DNA of 38,180 nucleotides. Source: Psammoneis japonica (lineage: Eukaryota). This document shows positions 1-10,896 of this stretch, piece after piece. Positions within the stretch are counted from its first letter, which is position 1. The number at the start of each line of letters is the position of its first letter. The position numbers and the translations under genes are program-made. Where the stretch lies: contig QPGO01000368.1 in the NCBI GenBank assembly GCA_008632985.1, positions 1 to 38,180 of the forward strand, read 5' to 3'. The notes below the pieces were generated by a model. The model made no database searches. It was not told where the DNA came from and worked only from the letters and a program-made list of their open reading frames with translations.

Positions 1-625
1 CCGGAAGATCCTTGCAGTTCTTCAAGTGATTAAACTTGGTTTCAATCTTTTCACGGAAGGTTTCGGTGACACGCGACTTGACGATGAGTTGTGATGAGCC
101 GATGTCATCGATTTCATGCTGATCGTAGCCTTCGTCACCTGCAGCCGCCACACGGGTCTCACATTCCTTCTCAAGGTCTTTGACAGTGAAGGCGTGAAGA
201 TGATCAAAAAGGTGCACGACCTTGCCGTCGACTTTCTTGAGATGGCAGAAAGTTTCTTGTCCGTGCGACTCGATTAAGTCCTGAATGGTCTTGACGAAGT
301 GGTCTTTGTCCAGTTCAGTGCTGGAACCGTTGGATGACTCAATCTGGCCGTTGAACTTGGATGTGGTTGCCGAAGCGAGTTGATCTCGGAGAGATCGCTC
401 GATAGAGTCGACAGCTTTCGGATGGCGACGTTGCGAGGCAAAATGGCAGGTGCGGGTGTCGGTCTGCTCGTGCTTGTTGTTCAGAGCCGAACCACCCAGA
501 TGCACTCCATGAGAGTGGTGGATACCGCCGCGAAGCGGCGTGGGGATCGTAGGAGGGTTGGTCGAGGTTTGCATCTTGGCGAAGGCCTCAGCAAACATCT
601 TGACGGCATCAGGATCCATGGACAT
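1..625 (-). CDS. Gag-like protein of Copia/CoDi retrotransposon (partial, 208 codons, open at window edge; missing from the ORF track)
   Basis: Manual translation from ATG 625: MSMDPDAVKMFAEAFAKMQ...LGGSALNNKHEQ...FASQRRHPKAVDSIERSL...KFNGQIE...ELDKDHFVKTIQDLIESHGQETFCHL...HAFTVKDLEKECETR...GYDQHEIDDIGSSQLIVKSRVTETFREKIETKFNHLKNCKDLP. No stops. The blocks GGSAL, FASQRR, FNGxxE, ELDK, YDxxE and DLPG resemble diatom Copia Gag as I recall it. Confidence 0.72.
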   Translation of the reverse strand, partial: MSMDPDAVKMFAEAFAKMQTSTNPPTIPTPLRGGIHHSHGVHLGGSALNNKHEQTDTRTCHFASQRRHPKAVDSIERSLRDQLASATTSKFNGQIESSNGSSTELDKDHFVKTIQDLIESHGQETFCHLKKVDGKVVHLFDHLHAFTVKDLEKECETRVAAAGDEGYDQHEIDDIGSSQLIVKSRVTETFREKIETKFNHLKNCKDLP

Positions 626-669
626 GGTTGTGGATGATTCGACATAGAGGATCGATTAGTGGGTGGGGA

Positions 670-721
670 TTGCGACATAGATGATCGCCGTTGGATTGCG
701 GTGTAGAAGATCGCCGTTGGA
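670..721. repeat. 2 x 26 bp tandem repeat in the retrotransposon 5' UTR
   Basis: ttgcgacatagatgatcgccgttgga / ttgcggtgtagaagatcgccgttgga, with a partial third copy near 640-654. Confidence 0.8.
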
Positions 722-790
722 CAGGATGTCGTCTGCAACGAGACGAACGAGTGGCAGCAACTCCGTTGCGAGTTGACACCGGTGCGTGGA

Positions 791-805
791 TTGGGGTCGC
801 AACCA
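791..805 (-). promoter_or_regulatory. Putative primer-binding site of the LTR element
   Basis: Minus strand TGGTTGCGACCCCAA lies 2 nt after a CA and about 170 nt upstream of the Gag ATG; its complement ends in ...GCAACCA like a tRNA 3' end. Confidence 0.45.
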
Positions 806-1349
806 CTTGGGACACAACAATGCACTGTGTAGGATGGAGAGTTCAGGACTCTCTTGAGGTTGTACAACACAACAGAGGATGATAAGAAGTAGTTTTGGGA
901 CAATAAGATACGCTAAAGATACGAATTGTGAGAAGATCTCACGAGGGATTGGAGATGACATTATGACCTAACGGTCGTGTGTGTCACTCCGATTACTATC
1001 GCTAGAAGACTCAACGGACATTTCTTCCGGAAGAAGAGATCCATGACCGGAAGCGTCATCCGTGAATCAGACTCGGTTGTTGACTCGTGACTGAGGATCG
1101 AGTCGTCGTCGCGTCGCTTGCGGATCTTTTTTCCAATCGCGCGAAAAATGCGATATGTTTAGCATATGAAAAACCTCGAAAGCGATACTTATTTTCCTAC
1201 ATTTCTTCGCGCTTTTTTGAAAGAAAATAATCACGACAAGAAAGGTCATGAGCTTCAAACATCATCACAGAAAAAAATATCAAAGATCTTTTGACCGACT
1301 GTTATGTTCTTGTTGTCAGACACAAGCATACAAGAAGCCATTTCTTGTG

Positions 1350-3107
1350 ATGGCTGACTCTACGATGCTCCTGTTAGCAGCTCTCTGCTCGATTTGCCTT
1401 GTCCATGCTTGGGGGTTTGCTGTCCCGAAATCTTTCGGAGCGGGCCCCCGTCAGCGAGTGCATTACGATGATCGAAACGCCTGGGGCTTGGCTTCCCCAA
1501 CGAAGACGTCTTCAACTCGCCGGCATGCCGAGCAAAAGGCTGCTGAGAAAAAGAAGAAGGGCCGAAAAATTCTCTTCATCACCACTGATATGATGAGATG
1601 GGATTCACTTGGCTACTATGGAGATCCTTACGCGAAGACTCCCAACATTGACAAGCTTGCTGCCGAAGGTATTCGCTACGACAATGCCCGTAATCCGAAT
1701 CCGCTGTGTATGCCCTGTCGGAACAGCATGATTACCGGACAGTACACGAGAACGCACGGAAGCTGGAACAACGGGATCCCTCTTCCTCATGATACCGAGA
1801 CCATTGCCCATGTGCTCCACGATAACGCCAAGTATCGCACGGCGATTATTGGTAAAGCACACTGGGAGCCCTTCTCAGCACCGACATCTCTAGAATCAGA
1901 ATTGGGAAACCTGAACCGCTATGGTCCGATTCGGGGGTTTGACTTTGCGAAGCTACATGCTCATGGGTCCGTTCCTTTCAACTCACACTACAGCATTTGG
2001 TTGCGTGAGAACTACCCGGAATATGTCGGTGAGTACTACCAGCTACTCAATCTAGCTGGTGATCATTCAGAAATGAATGTCAAGGGAGGGGGAGAGACAG
2101 GTGCTGTGTTCGTCAAGGACAACAAGATGCCCCGAGAAGTCTACCAAACTGACTGGACTACCGACAACACCATTCGGTACATTGACTCGTTAGATGATGA
2201 AGAAGACTGGTTTGTCTGGGCCTCTTACGGAGATCCGCATCACGCTTACGATCCACCCTCTTCTGAAGATTACATTTCCTGGAAAGATATTGAACCCTAC
2301 AAGGCTTTTGGCAAGTCAGAAGAAGAGCGGCTTGCGTGGCTCAAGGAAAAACCCTGGCACTGGGAACCTTGGTGGACTGGCGAGAAGTTTGTGTCCTTTG
2401 AAGCATGCGAGGGATTCTCCTACAGGGACAAACTCACCAGTGATCACATTCGGGAAATTCATCAAAAGATTTACACTTCAAACAAGCTCATCGACGATGG
2501 CGTTGGCAAGATTATTGACCACCTCGAGAAAAAGGGTGTCTTGGAAGATACCGACATCTTCTTTGTACCTGATCACGGCGGCATGGACGGTGCCTTTGGT
2601 TGTCTATTGATTGGTCCCAGCATGACGGATCACATTTGTAAATTGCCATTGATCTGGAAACCATCCAGCAGCACCAACACTCCTGCTTCAGTTGTGACAA
2701 AGCCAGTGAATTCGATTGACTTGGCACCCACGTGGTGCAGTATTGCGGGCATTGACGTGCCCGAGTGGATGGACGGCGAGCCGTTGCCAACTTCAGACAC
2801 GGAAGCCGAGGACCAAAACCGAGAATATTCATTTACTCAATACGAGAGTCACACACCGGATGCAAGTATTGTTATGAATAGCATGTTTGCAGACAACATC
2901 AAGTGTGTCGTGTACGAGCGTAGTAAAACCTACGACGGAACCGAAGGAGAATTGTATGATTTGAACGAGGATCCTGGCGAGTTGAAGAACCTGTGGAATG
3001 ACCCAGGTTATGCGGGAGTCAAGGCTGATATGATCGAGACGATTCGCAAGGACTTACTAGCGAGGCCCATGTTTCACAACAAGCCGATCCCTGGAGCTTT
3101 GATTTAG
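1350..3107 (+). CDS. Type I (formylglycine-dependent) sulfatase with N-terminal signal peptide and transit-like segment
   Basis: Intronless ORF with KILFITTD, the CMPCR (CxPxR) catalytic motif followed by xxxxTG, YRTAIIGKAH, PHH, DHG and ELYDLNEDPGELKNL. Likely start is MADSTMLLLAALCSICLVHA at 1350 (the ORF track starts at 1248). Confidence 0.9.
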   Translation: MADSTMLLLAALCSICLVHAWGFAVPKSFGAGPRQRVHYDDRNAWGLASPTKTSSTRRHAEQKAAEKKKKGRKILFITTDMMRWDSLGYYGDPYAKTPNIDKLAAEGIRYDNARNPNPLCMPCRNSMITGQYTRTHGSWNNGIPLPHDTETIAHVLHDNAKYRTAIIGKAHWEPFSAPTSLESELGNLNRYGPIRGFDFAKLHAHGSVPFNSHYSIWLRENYPEYVGEYYQLLNLAGDHSEMNVKGGGETGAVFVKDNKMPREVYQTDWTTDNTIRYIDSLDDEEDWFVWASYGDPHHAYDPPSSEDYISWKDIEPYKAFGKSEEERLAWLKEKPWHWEPWWTGEKFVSFEACEGFSYRDKLTSDHIREIHQKIYTSNKLIDDGVGKIIDHLEKKGVLEDTDIFFVPDHGGMDGAFGCLLIGPSMTDHICKLPLIWKPSSSTNTPASVVTKPVNSIDLAPTWCSIAGIDVPEWMDGEPLPTSDTEAEDQNREYSFTQYESHTPDASIVMNSMFADNIKCVVYERSKTYDGTEGELYDLNEDPGELKNLWNDPGYAGVKADMIETIRKDLLARPMFHNKPIPGALI

Positions 3108-5110
3108 CGCTTATGTCGTTGCAGCATTGGCAGAAACTGTCCGAAGAAACTGCAGTAGTCGAGTCTTTTAAAATTAGTTAACAGTTGTGGAGACTGGCTC
3201 TTGTAGTTTCTTACACAAAAGCAGGAATTTTAGAGGTCAAGAATCCCATCGAGTCATTTTAAAAGTGAAGTTCAATGACGTACGGTAGGAAAACGGCCCA
3301 TTCCAATGAAGATACCACCTGATCTTATCACCAAATGCTTTCCAGAAACCGTTGCTGAATGCGGATTTGAGTTGACAAATGAGCAATGTCATAAAGCAGA
3401 GTCGTTTTTTGCTTGTTGGTCATTCACTCGTAGCGTGGATGTAAGACATGCATTCACGCACCGGGCTCGTCGCTCTCCCCACTGTTTGGTCTTCAAATGA
3501 TGGCTTGAGTTGAATCATCCGGCATGAACCCTCCCCACTCGAAATTACATCAGTTCAACCTTGGAAAAGACTTGTGGCTGCATCAGGCAAGTGTGGCTGG
3601 CTCAAAGTGTTGTTGAAAAGCTGACAGGCTCATGCTGTCACCTGGGAAAATGGACCCAATGGAAAATCATCTTGAACTTGCTGGGAGGAGGGTTTGGATG
3701 TGAGCCTCACTTTCCTTGACTGTTGCCAGTCATGGAACAAGTGGGAGGCTTGATTGCCCAAACCAACTTGAAAAGCTCAGGCTTGCAATGTCACAGCTGA
3801 GCCCATGCATCCCAAGGCAGGAGCTCAGACACGCACTGCTCTCAGAGGAAGGCAAGTGGCTTCACCAAAGAAGAGCCTCTGTCTTCATTTGATGTGCTCA
3901 GCACTGCTGCCCATCAGGCATCTTGAAAGCAAATGTGCACAGTTTTGTTTGATGTGTGCATTTTGCATTCTATGACACCACACATTTGGACCTGGTCCAA
4001 CAAAAAATCAGGGGGCCCACCAGGGGAGGACGAATCTCCAATCCACACAAAAAGAGCTGGTCCAATGCAGAGCAACAACTGCAGCTAGAAACTGCTGGTG
4101 TGTGTGCTGCTGAGGGTGCATGATGCAGAGCCAGTGCCAGGCACCATCCACTTTGTGATGAACAAGGGCTGAGTGAAAACAACATGTCAGTCTCATTGCA
4201 GTGGCTTTGTCACCATTGCAGTCGACAGAGTGCTCACTTGTTCACAATGGAAATGCTCACGAAGTGTGCAGCATCAAAATGCACACAATGCAAGACATGC
4301 AATGATTTTGTGATGGTTGCAGTCAGTGGGGGGGGGGGGGGCTCAACTGCACTAAAAATGCTGAGGAGGGGTGCTGAAATGCTTGCGTGAACAAGGTTCA
4401 TTGACATCATCAGAGGTTCTACAGGCAACTCTGTGCAATGGCCAAACGATTGTCACAGGATGCTCAGGGCCTGACAGTGAATCTAAATCCATGTGTTGCA
4501 GGAGTGACCTCCACACTGAAATCTGTGAACACACATCTGCAGGGCAGTGGCTCAGCTGGAGTCTACGTCTTGCTCTCATGGTGCAAAAGCCCTTGTTTCT
4601 TTCAAACGGGCTTTCTGGTGTGCAAAAGCAAAAGGAGCTGCAGAGAATCTGATCTGGGGTTGCATCAACATGAGATGTGCTCAAGCATTTGCACACAATG
4701 GACAGGCTGATGTGCAAAAGACTTGACAGAAAAGAGGTGAGAGCCTGCATGAGGCAATTGGAAGCTCTGGAGGTTGAGATTGAAGTGGCAAATGATGAAC
4801 TCACACCACTGTGGAAAGAGACCAGTGGCACAGAGTGCAATGACTGGCATGCAGAGCAGCCCCCCAGTGCTCACATGTGATCAAATTGCAGATGGAGGGA
4901 TGCTGCTTGCAACCAGTGCATGCAGAAATGCTCGGCAATTCAGAAAATGAAAGAATTGAAGTTTTCAAGAGCCAGTCTGAAGGATCTTGTTTTGATGTCC
5001 AGGGAACTTGAGCTCAGAAAAAGAAAAAAGAAGAGCACAAAATGAAGCATGTCCAGACAGACAACCCTGTCCAAAGAGCTCATGTCAAGTGCAGCTGTGA
5101 TTGCCATGTT

Positions 5111-5592
5111 GACAATTCAAAGAACAAAGAGGCAACATTTGAAGTTCAGTTGAGCAGCTTCTTTTGCTGGGCCTTGACTGCAGCCAGAGGAAAAAGGCAA
5201 GTGACAAGGAGGTGAAAACTTTGCACTCAAAAGTGACAAACTTGCATGCAAATTGAATTTTGTGCTCTCCACTCAGCATGTGCCAAGTGTCACACCAGCA
5301 AAAGCCAGCTGCAAAGAACCTTGAGAAAGGAAGAAGCAAATGCCATGCATGGTGACAATTCAAAGAGCAAATGGCCAACATTTGAAAGTTCAGTTGAGCA
5401 GCTTCTTTTGGGCCTTGACTGCAGCCAGAGGAAAAAGGCAAGTGACAAGGAGGTGAAAACTTTGCACTCACAAGTGACAAACTTGCATGTGAAATTTAAT
5501 TTTTGTGCTCTCCACTCTGCATGTGCCAAGTGGCACACCAGCAAAAGCCAGCTGCAAAGAACCTTGAGAAAGGAAGAAGTAAATGCCATGCA
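5111..5592. repeat. Tandem duplication, ~243 bp unit x2
   Basis: gacaattcaaag...gaaaggaagaag(c/t)aaatgccatgcat starts at 5111 and again at 5354. Confidence 0.9.
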
Positions 5593-8500
5593 TTGCACAC
5601 AAAACAGGAAATTAAAAAGCCTTGGTGACAGGCTTGGTGATGCACTTGAAGACAGCATTAAAAAGGCTGTCGTGCATTCTGCAGCATTGCTGGAGAGAGC
5701 AGCCAGGTTGAGAGGTGTGTGCCCAACAGCACCAGCAGTCAAGTGCAAGCTCCTTTGGAAAAAAGTGCACAATGCTGAAGACAAGCAACATGGGAGAAAA
5801 GACAAGAAACAAGACAAGATGAAACTCAGCAAGGGAGACATCAAAGAGGGGGAGTTGCAAAGCATTTTGAAGCACTTCTTGAAAAACCCAAACCCAAAAG
5901 GTCCATGACCAAAGATTGAGTTTCTTTTGAAAAAATGAACAAAAAGAGCACAAAAGCAATGGCACTGTGACAAAAATCACTTTCCATGCTGGAGTGCCTT
6001 AAGATGGGCACCTGCAGCCTGCAAATGATCCCATCATCTGAACATTTGGTTTTTGCAGCTGTTGTTGGCCCTGGACACCCAGCAGAAAGGCACAAAAACA
6101 TGCCTTGACATGCCAGCACTCAGCTCCCACAAGATTGGCAGCACAAGCTCTCTGCTCAAACAGAGAACAGTGCTTCACATGCTCTTGTTGGTGGCTGCAT
6201 GCCAGATTTCAAAATGATGTGTCTCCAGAAAATTGCAGCCAAAATGATGCCTTGCCCAAGATTGAGGAACTCTGTCTCTTTTCAATGCCTTTTGCAGAGA
6301 CTTTCTGTCATTTTGTCATTGATGTGCCACACTCATGTCCCTGTCCAGACAACCAAACACAAAACCCACTGCGAATCTCTTCAGCACACTTCTGCAAAAG
6401 CTGTGTGAACTCTGGGCAACATCTTTGGAGCTGCAGTCACAAAGTCAAGTTGCTGCACAGAAGCTCCCCATCCAAACACCCCACATGAAGTGCATCTTCA
6501 CATGGCAGTTTCACAACTCATGGCAACATGCCACATGCCACTGTCGCACCCATTTGCAGCAGCCTCTTGTGGCTCATTCACCAACAAAGTGATGATGATG
6601 ACACACCAGTGTCTCCCAAAACACAGCTCTGGTGCCTCCTCCTCTCAGCAGCCCCAAAGCATTGAATGAGTTCCTGGACACATCAATGACATGACCAGTT
6701 TGAACCCTGGAGCCACACTGATGGAGAGTTCCTTGCAGGAGCAAGGTTGGAAGTGTGCTGAAAGACACCGCACCAATGCTGCTGGCAAAAGAACATGGTG
6801 TGACATGTTGAGCACCATCTCCCAGTGCTTTTAGCAAGTTTTCATTTTTTCTTGCAACAACAGCTGCACCAGCAGTTGTGCATGGACCAGCACATTGTTG
6901 GCTTCAAGAAAGAGGCAACACAGGCCAAGTCACTTCCAAATCTGTGCCTGTGCTTTACAATTGCTGGGTGAGCAGGCACCAGCACTCAAGCCTTTGTGGG
7001 CTCTGTGGCCTTCCAAGCTTTTTGATGTTCTGCTGTGACTTGTCATCCCATGCCACCCCTCATCATCTCAGTGCTTGCAATCATTTCACAAACTGGCAGC
7101 CAGCACTGCTCCTGCCCCTGCCAAACACCACATGTTGCTCTTGGCATGTGACCTCTCCAGATCAAAAAAACATGGTGGACACTCATGTGACCAAGCTGAC
7201 TGCAAACATCAGGGAGATGATGAGAGCAGGATCTGATGGCCAAGCAAGGAGGGAAGAAGCTCAAGATGGTGGTGGCCCTGGGAGATGCTGAGTGAGGGTC
7301 AAAACTTGTTCCTGAAGGAGAAAGACAGAGGCAGCTCTGTCAAAGCCAAGGAGACAGATGAAGCAGCATGAGCCAAGCTGTTCCAGGACTTCATCCACAG
7401 GGAGGGTTGTCAGCCCCATTCAGCACACAACCTGGGCACAACTCTTCCTTTTCTTTTCTGCTTGCTTTTGCCATTTCTGCTCTGCCTTTGGCTTTTTTCC
7501 AACTCACACCAGCAAACAACTCTTCAGGAGATGTTTGAGAAGGAGGAGCATCTTTGCACCATGAAGGCATGGGATGGAGGAGCTGTTGCCAGATGAGACA
7601 TGCCACCCAGCCTCATGAGCAGGCATGGAAAGTTGGCCTGGGGGAGCTCCTGGACAATCCAGTGTGCCCAACCAAGGAGACCAAAAGGACTGCCTTATGC
7701 AGCAGGCAGGTTGGCGGCACATGGATGACAGGTGGGGAACACTCCTTTGCACAAAGCACACCTTCAAAAAATCCTTTTGTTTGGCCCAAAAGCAGCCCTG
7801 GGTGCCCAAGCAGACCAGCGTCAGGCAGGTCTGCTGCTGCAGCACCTGCCACAAAGAACAGCAGGAAGCACTCACTTTTCAGCAGCCCAGCAATGTGTTG
7901 TTGTTTGAGTGCTTGGCAACTTTAGAAAGGAAGGACAAAGTTTGGCACAGCTGATTGGAGCAGGTGTGGCATTGGCCAAAGAGAACAGTGAGCACACCAC
8001 AAAAAAAAGAGCACCAAAAGTGGCAAAACCAACTTTTTTCAGGGACAGGGAGGGAATGCACACACAGCCCACAGTTTGGAGTCACTTCACAAAGCTGCAC
8101 ACAGGATCCACATTGTGATGTTTTGTCCTCAAGGGATGGTGAAACCTTCTGTTGGGGTTGAGATGCCATGTCATCAGCCAGCTTCTGGGGTGCTGCTTCA
8201 CTCATTTTGTGCTTTGCCAGTGGCCATGTCAGCCACCAGCTGCTGCTTTGTTTGCTGTGGTGCCACATTGGCAGCAGCCAGCCAGCAGCTGCTTTGTTTT
8301 GTGCAACTGGTGGGAACAGAGAGTGTCACACCAGGCTGGGAAATGAGCACTTTGTGCAATGCTTGGGGCTGATTAAGAAGGTGTACACAACTTGCCACCT
8401 TGACAAGAAAAGAAATGACTCCATGATCTGGAAAGTGCTTTCTTGACACAAACTGCTCATTGCCAATGCAAGGGCTGTGGTCGTGGCAGCCACAATGACA

Positions 8501-9108
8501 AGGCAGGCATCTCACCACACTGTGACACTTTTTTCTTCAGGAAGAACTCTGCCAGTGCCAAGCAACTCAGTTGCTCCACAAAGCAACCTGGAGCTCTTGT
8601 GTGGCTTCATCCCTGTCACAAGCCAGACACTTTTCTGCAGATCACCTCAGCACAGAAAAAACTCATGGACAGTCTGCCAGACATTTGTTGATGCCAACCG
8701 TGTGATTCTTTGCCGCTTGAGAGACACGTGGGGTGATGGAATGCAGCATCACTGACACTTTGTCATGCTTGGTCTTCAGTGTTTTGAGAGGGAGATGTGC
8801 TGGTTGCACTGCTGCTGTGAGTTTGTCAGTTTTGATGATGTTGTTTGTGTGCTGAGAGTCAAGGGAAGGTGAGCAGCTGGGAAAGCTTTCCACTTCAATT
8901 GGTTTGTTTAATTGAGATTTCTTTTTCTTTTTGCTTGGAGCAACAAGCCATGCTTTGGCAAGGTCAGCTTCAGCCCATTGTTCACCACTTGGGTGATGCA
9001 TGCAAAAATGTCAGGTGCAATGGATCTCTTAAGATGTCAATGTTTTTTGGCAGCAATGTTGTCACAGTCATCAATTTTTAGAGTGTGTCAGTTGAGAAAG
9101 ACCTGAGT

Positions 9109-9624
9109 GCAAGCAGATGATGAGGGCATCAGGGCAAGCCATCAAAATGAGACATGCAGTTTTCATGGGAGCATTGCAAAAGAAGCTTGCTCTTGGCAAG
9201 AGAACAAGATTCATTTTACAAGGACTTCTGAAGTTTGTGAGTCCACAGACAACATCAAGCCAGCAGAAGTGTCAGAAGAGGACATCAAAGACAGAAGCTT
9301 GTGCACTTCTAAAGGCACAAAGGAGAAAAGAAAACTCGACAAAAGAAGTTGAATGCAGGAGCTCATTGCTGTCAGTGGATGAAGCCAGCACAAGCAGCAG
9401 ATGAGGAGCAGGGTGCCAGGGCAGGCCATCAAATGTGAGATGCAGTCTCCAAGGGGCCATTGCAAAAGAAACAGTTTTGCAAGCCAACAAGATGCACTTC
9501 TTTACAATGACATCTGAGGTTTGTGAGTCAACAGACAACATCAAGCCAGCAAAAGTGTCAGAAGAGGAGGTCAAAGACAGAAGCTTTGGCACTTCTAAAG
9601 GCACCAAAGAAGAGAAGAAAACTC
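9109..9624. repeat. Tandem duplication, ~286 bp unit x2
   Basis: ttgtgagtc(c/a)acagacaacatcaagccagca...acttctaaaggcac at 9235 and 9521. Confidence 0.85.
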
Positions 9625-9935
9625 CCAAAAATGATTTCAGTGGAGGACTCATCATCACCAGATGAAGCCGGGCACACTTGCTTCTTGCCTTTTGCACAAA
9701 CAAAGAAGCTTCAGGTCATGACCAGCTCCTCCCATTTCCACATGAAGTCTTTGGCAATTTGCTCTGCAAAGGGTGGTCAACTTTGGGGGCTGCTTGGCAA
9801 CTTCGGGAGGGGCTTGAGCCACTTGTTGGCTCCAAAGCCAACTCACAGCTCCACATCCCCAAGACAGCACTGCTGCATTTTTGCATGGAATCTGCTCAGG
9901 GCAGAGGAAGAAAAAGATGGAAATCAGAGGGGCTG

Positions 9936-10710
9936 GTCATAAAAGCTGCAGGGTGCAGAAAGCTGTGGGGTGCAGGCTTCATAAAGAAAGCTGCACACAG
10001 AAGCTTTGGGGCATGGGAGCAAAGCTGCAGGGTGCAGCTTTCACAAAGAATGCCGTGGAGTGCAAAAAGCTGCACATCACAGGTTTGGCTCAAAAGCTGC
10101 AGGTTTTGCACAAAAGACATGGGGTGCTGCAAGCTGTGGGTCACAGGTCTTGCACATGCACAAAAGCTGTGGGGCACACAAAGTTGCAAGGCACAGGTTT
10201 TGCTCACAAGCTGGGTGCAGCATGCACAAAGCTGTGTTGCGCAGGTTTTGCACAAAGCTGCAGGGTGCAGAAAGCTGTGGTGTGCAGGTTTCACAAAGAA
10301 AGCAGCGGGGTGTGCAAAGCTGCCAGGTGCAGGTTTTGCACAAAAGCTGCAGGATGCAGAAAGCTGTGGTGTGCAAGTTTCATAAAGAAAGCTGCAGGGG
10401 GTGTGCAAAGCTGCAGGGCACCAGTTTTGCACAAAAGCTGCAGGAAAGTTACACGGTGCAGGTTGCAGGTTTTGCTCAAAAGATGCAGGGCACACAAAGC
10501 TGTGGGGTGCAGGTTTTGCACAAAAGCTGCAGGGTGCACAAAGCTGCAGGTTTTGCACAAAAGCTGCACAGTGCAAACAGCCATGGGGTGCGGGCTTTGC
10601 ACAAAAGCTGAAGGGTGCAGCACAAAGCTGCCAGGTGCAGGTTTTGCTCACAACCTGCAGGGTGTGCAAAGCTGTGGGGATTAGGTTTTGCACAAAAGCT
10701 GCAGGGCACT
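9936..10710. repeat. Degenerate minisatellite built from aaagc-NN-NN-ggg-NN-NN-g(g)ttt units (NN = TG or CA)
   Basis: Many variants of aaaagctgcagggtgcagaaagctgtggggtgcaggttttgcac. Confidence 0.9.
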
Positions 10711-10896
10711 GCTGCAATTGAAGAAGCTCCAAGGTGGCAATTCTTTGCTCTGGTCTTTGCCCTTGCAGGTCTAAATGTTGTGCAGGAAGCTTTGCTGTGC
10801 ACATCTTGGAGATTTGAAAGCTTGCAAGCTGCCAGTCTTCCGCATGTTGTTTTCACACATCTTCCAGCATGCCCAGTGGCACAGTTTCAAGAGAAG

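Larger units (their letters stand above)
1..960 (-). mobile_element. 5' end of a Ty1/Copia LTR retrotransposon (diatom CoDi-like); element runs off the left edge
   Basis: Minus-strand Gag-like ORF 625..<1. Upstream on the minus strand, ...GTCCCA-AG-TGGTTGCGACCCCAA (LTR-end CA, 2-nt spacer, TGG) looks like an LTR/PBS junction. The outer LTR boundary (TG at 960 or 1020) is uncertain. Confidence 0.7.

Noticed and set aside
1248..1349. Upstream start of the sulfatase ORF
   Set aside because: It would bury the signal peptide; ATG 1350 or 1365 is more plausible.
4328..4342. Poly-G run as a functional G-quadruplex
   Set aside because: Isolated homopolymer inside decayed DNA, with no supporting context.
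4677..5908. Coding-like fragments (e.g. RQLEALEVEIE..., LEDSIKKAVV...) as identifiable transposon proteins
   Set aside because: No diagnostic motif recognisable even after allowing for Tyr>His/Cys; left unassigned.
7270..7300. ggccctgggagatgctgagtgaggg as a CpG-decayed copy of the GC-rich cap near 13430
   Set aside because: Similarity is short and could be chance.
9678..10856. Long Cys/Lys/Ala-rich ORFs (200-300 aa) as metallothionein- or keratin-like proteins
   Set aside because: Open in nearly all six frames because the minisatellite lacks TAA/TAG; no coding signal distinguishes one frame.
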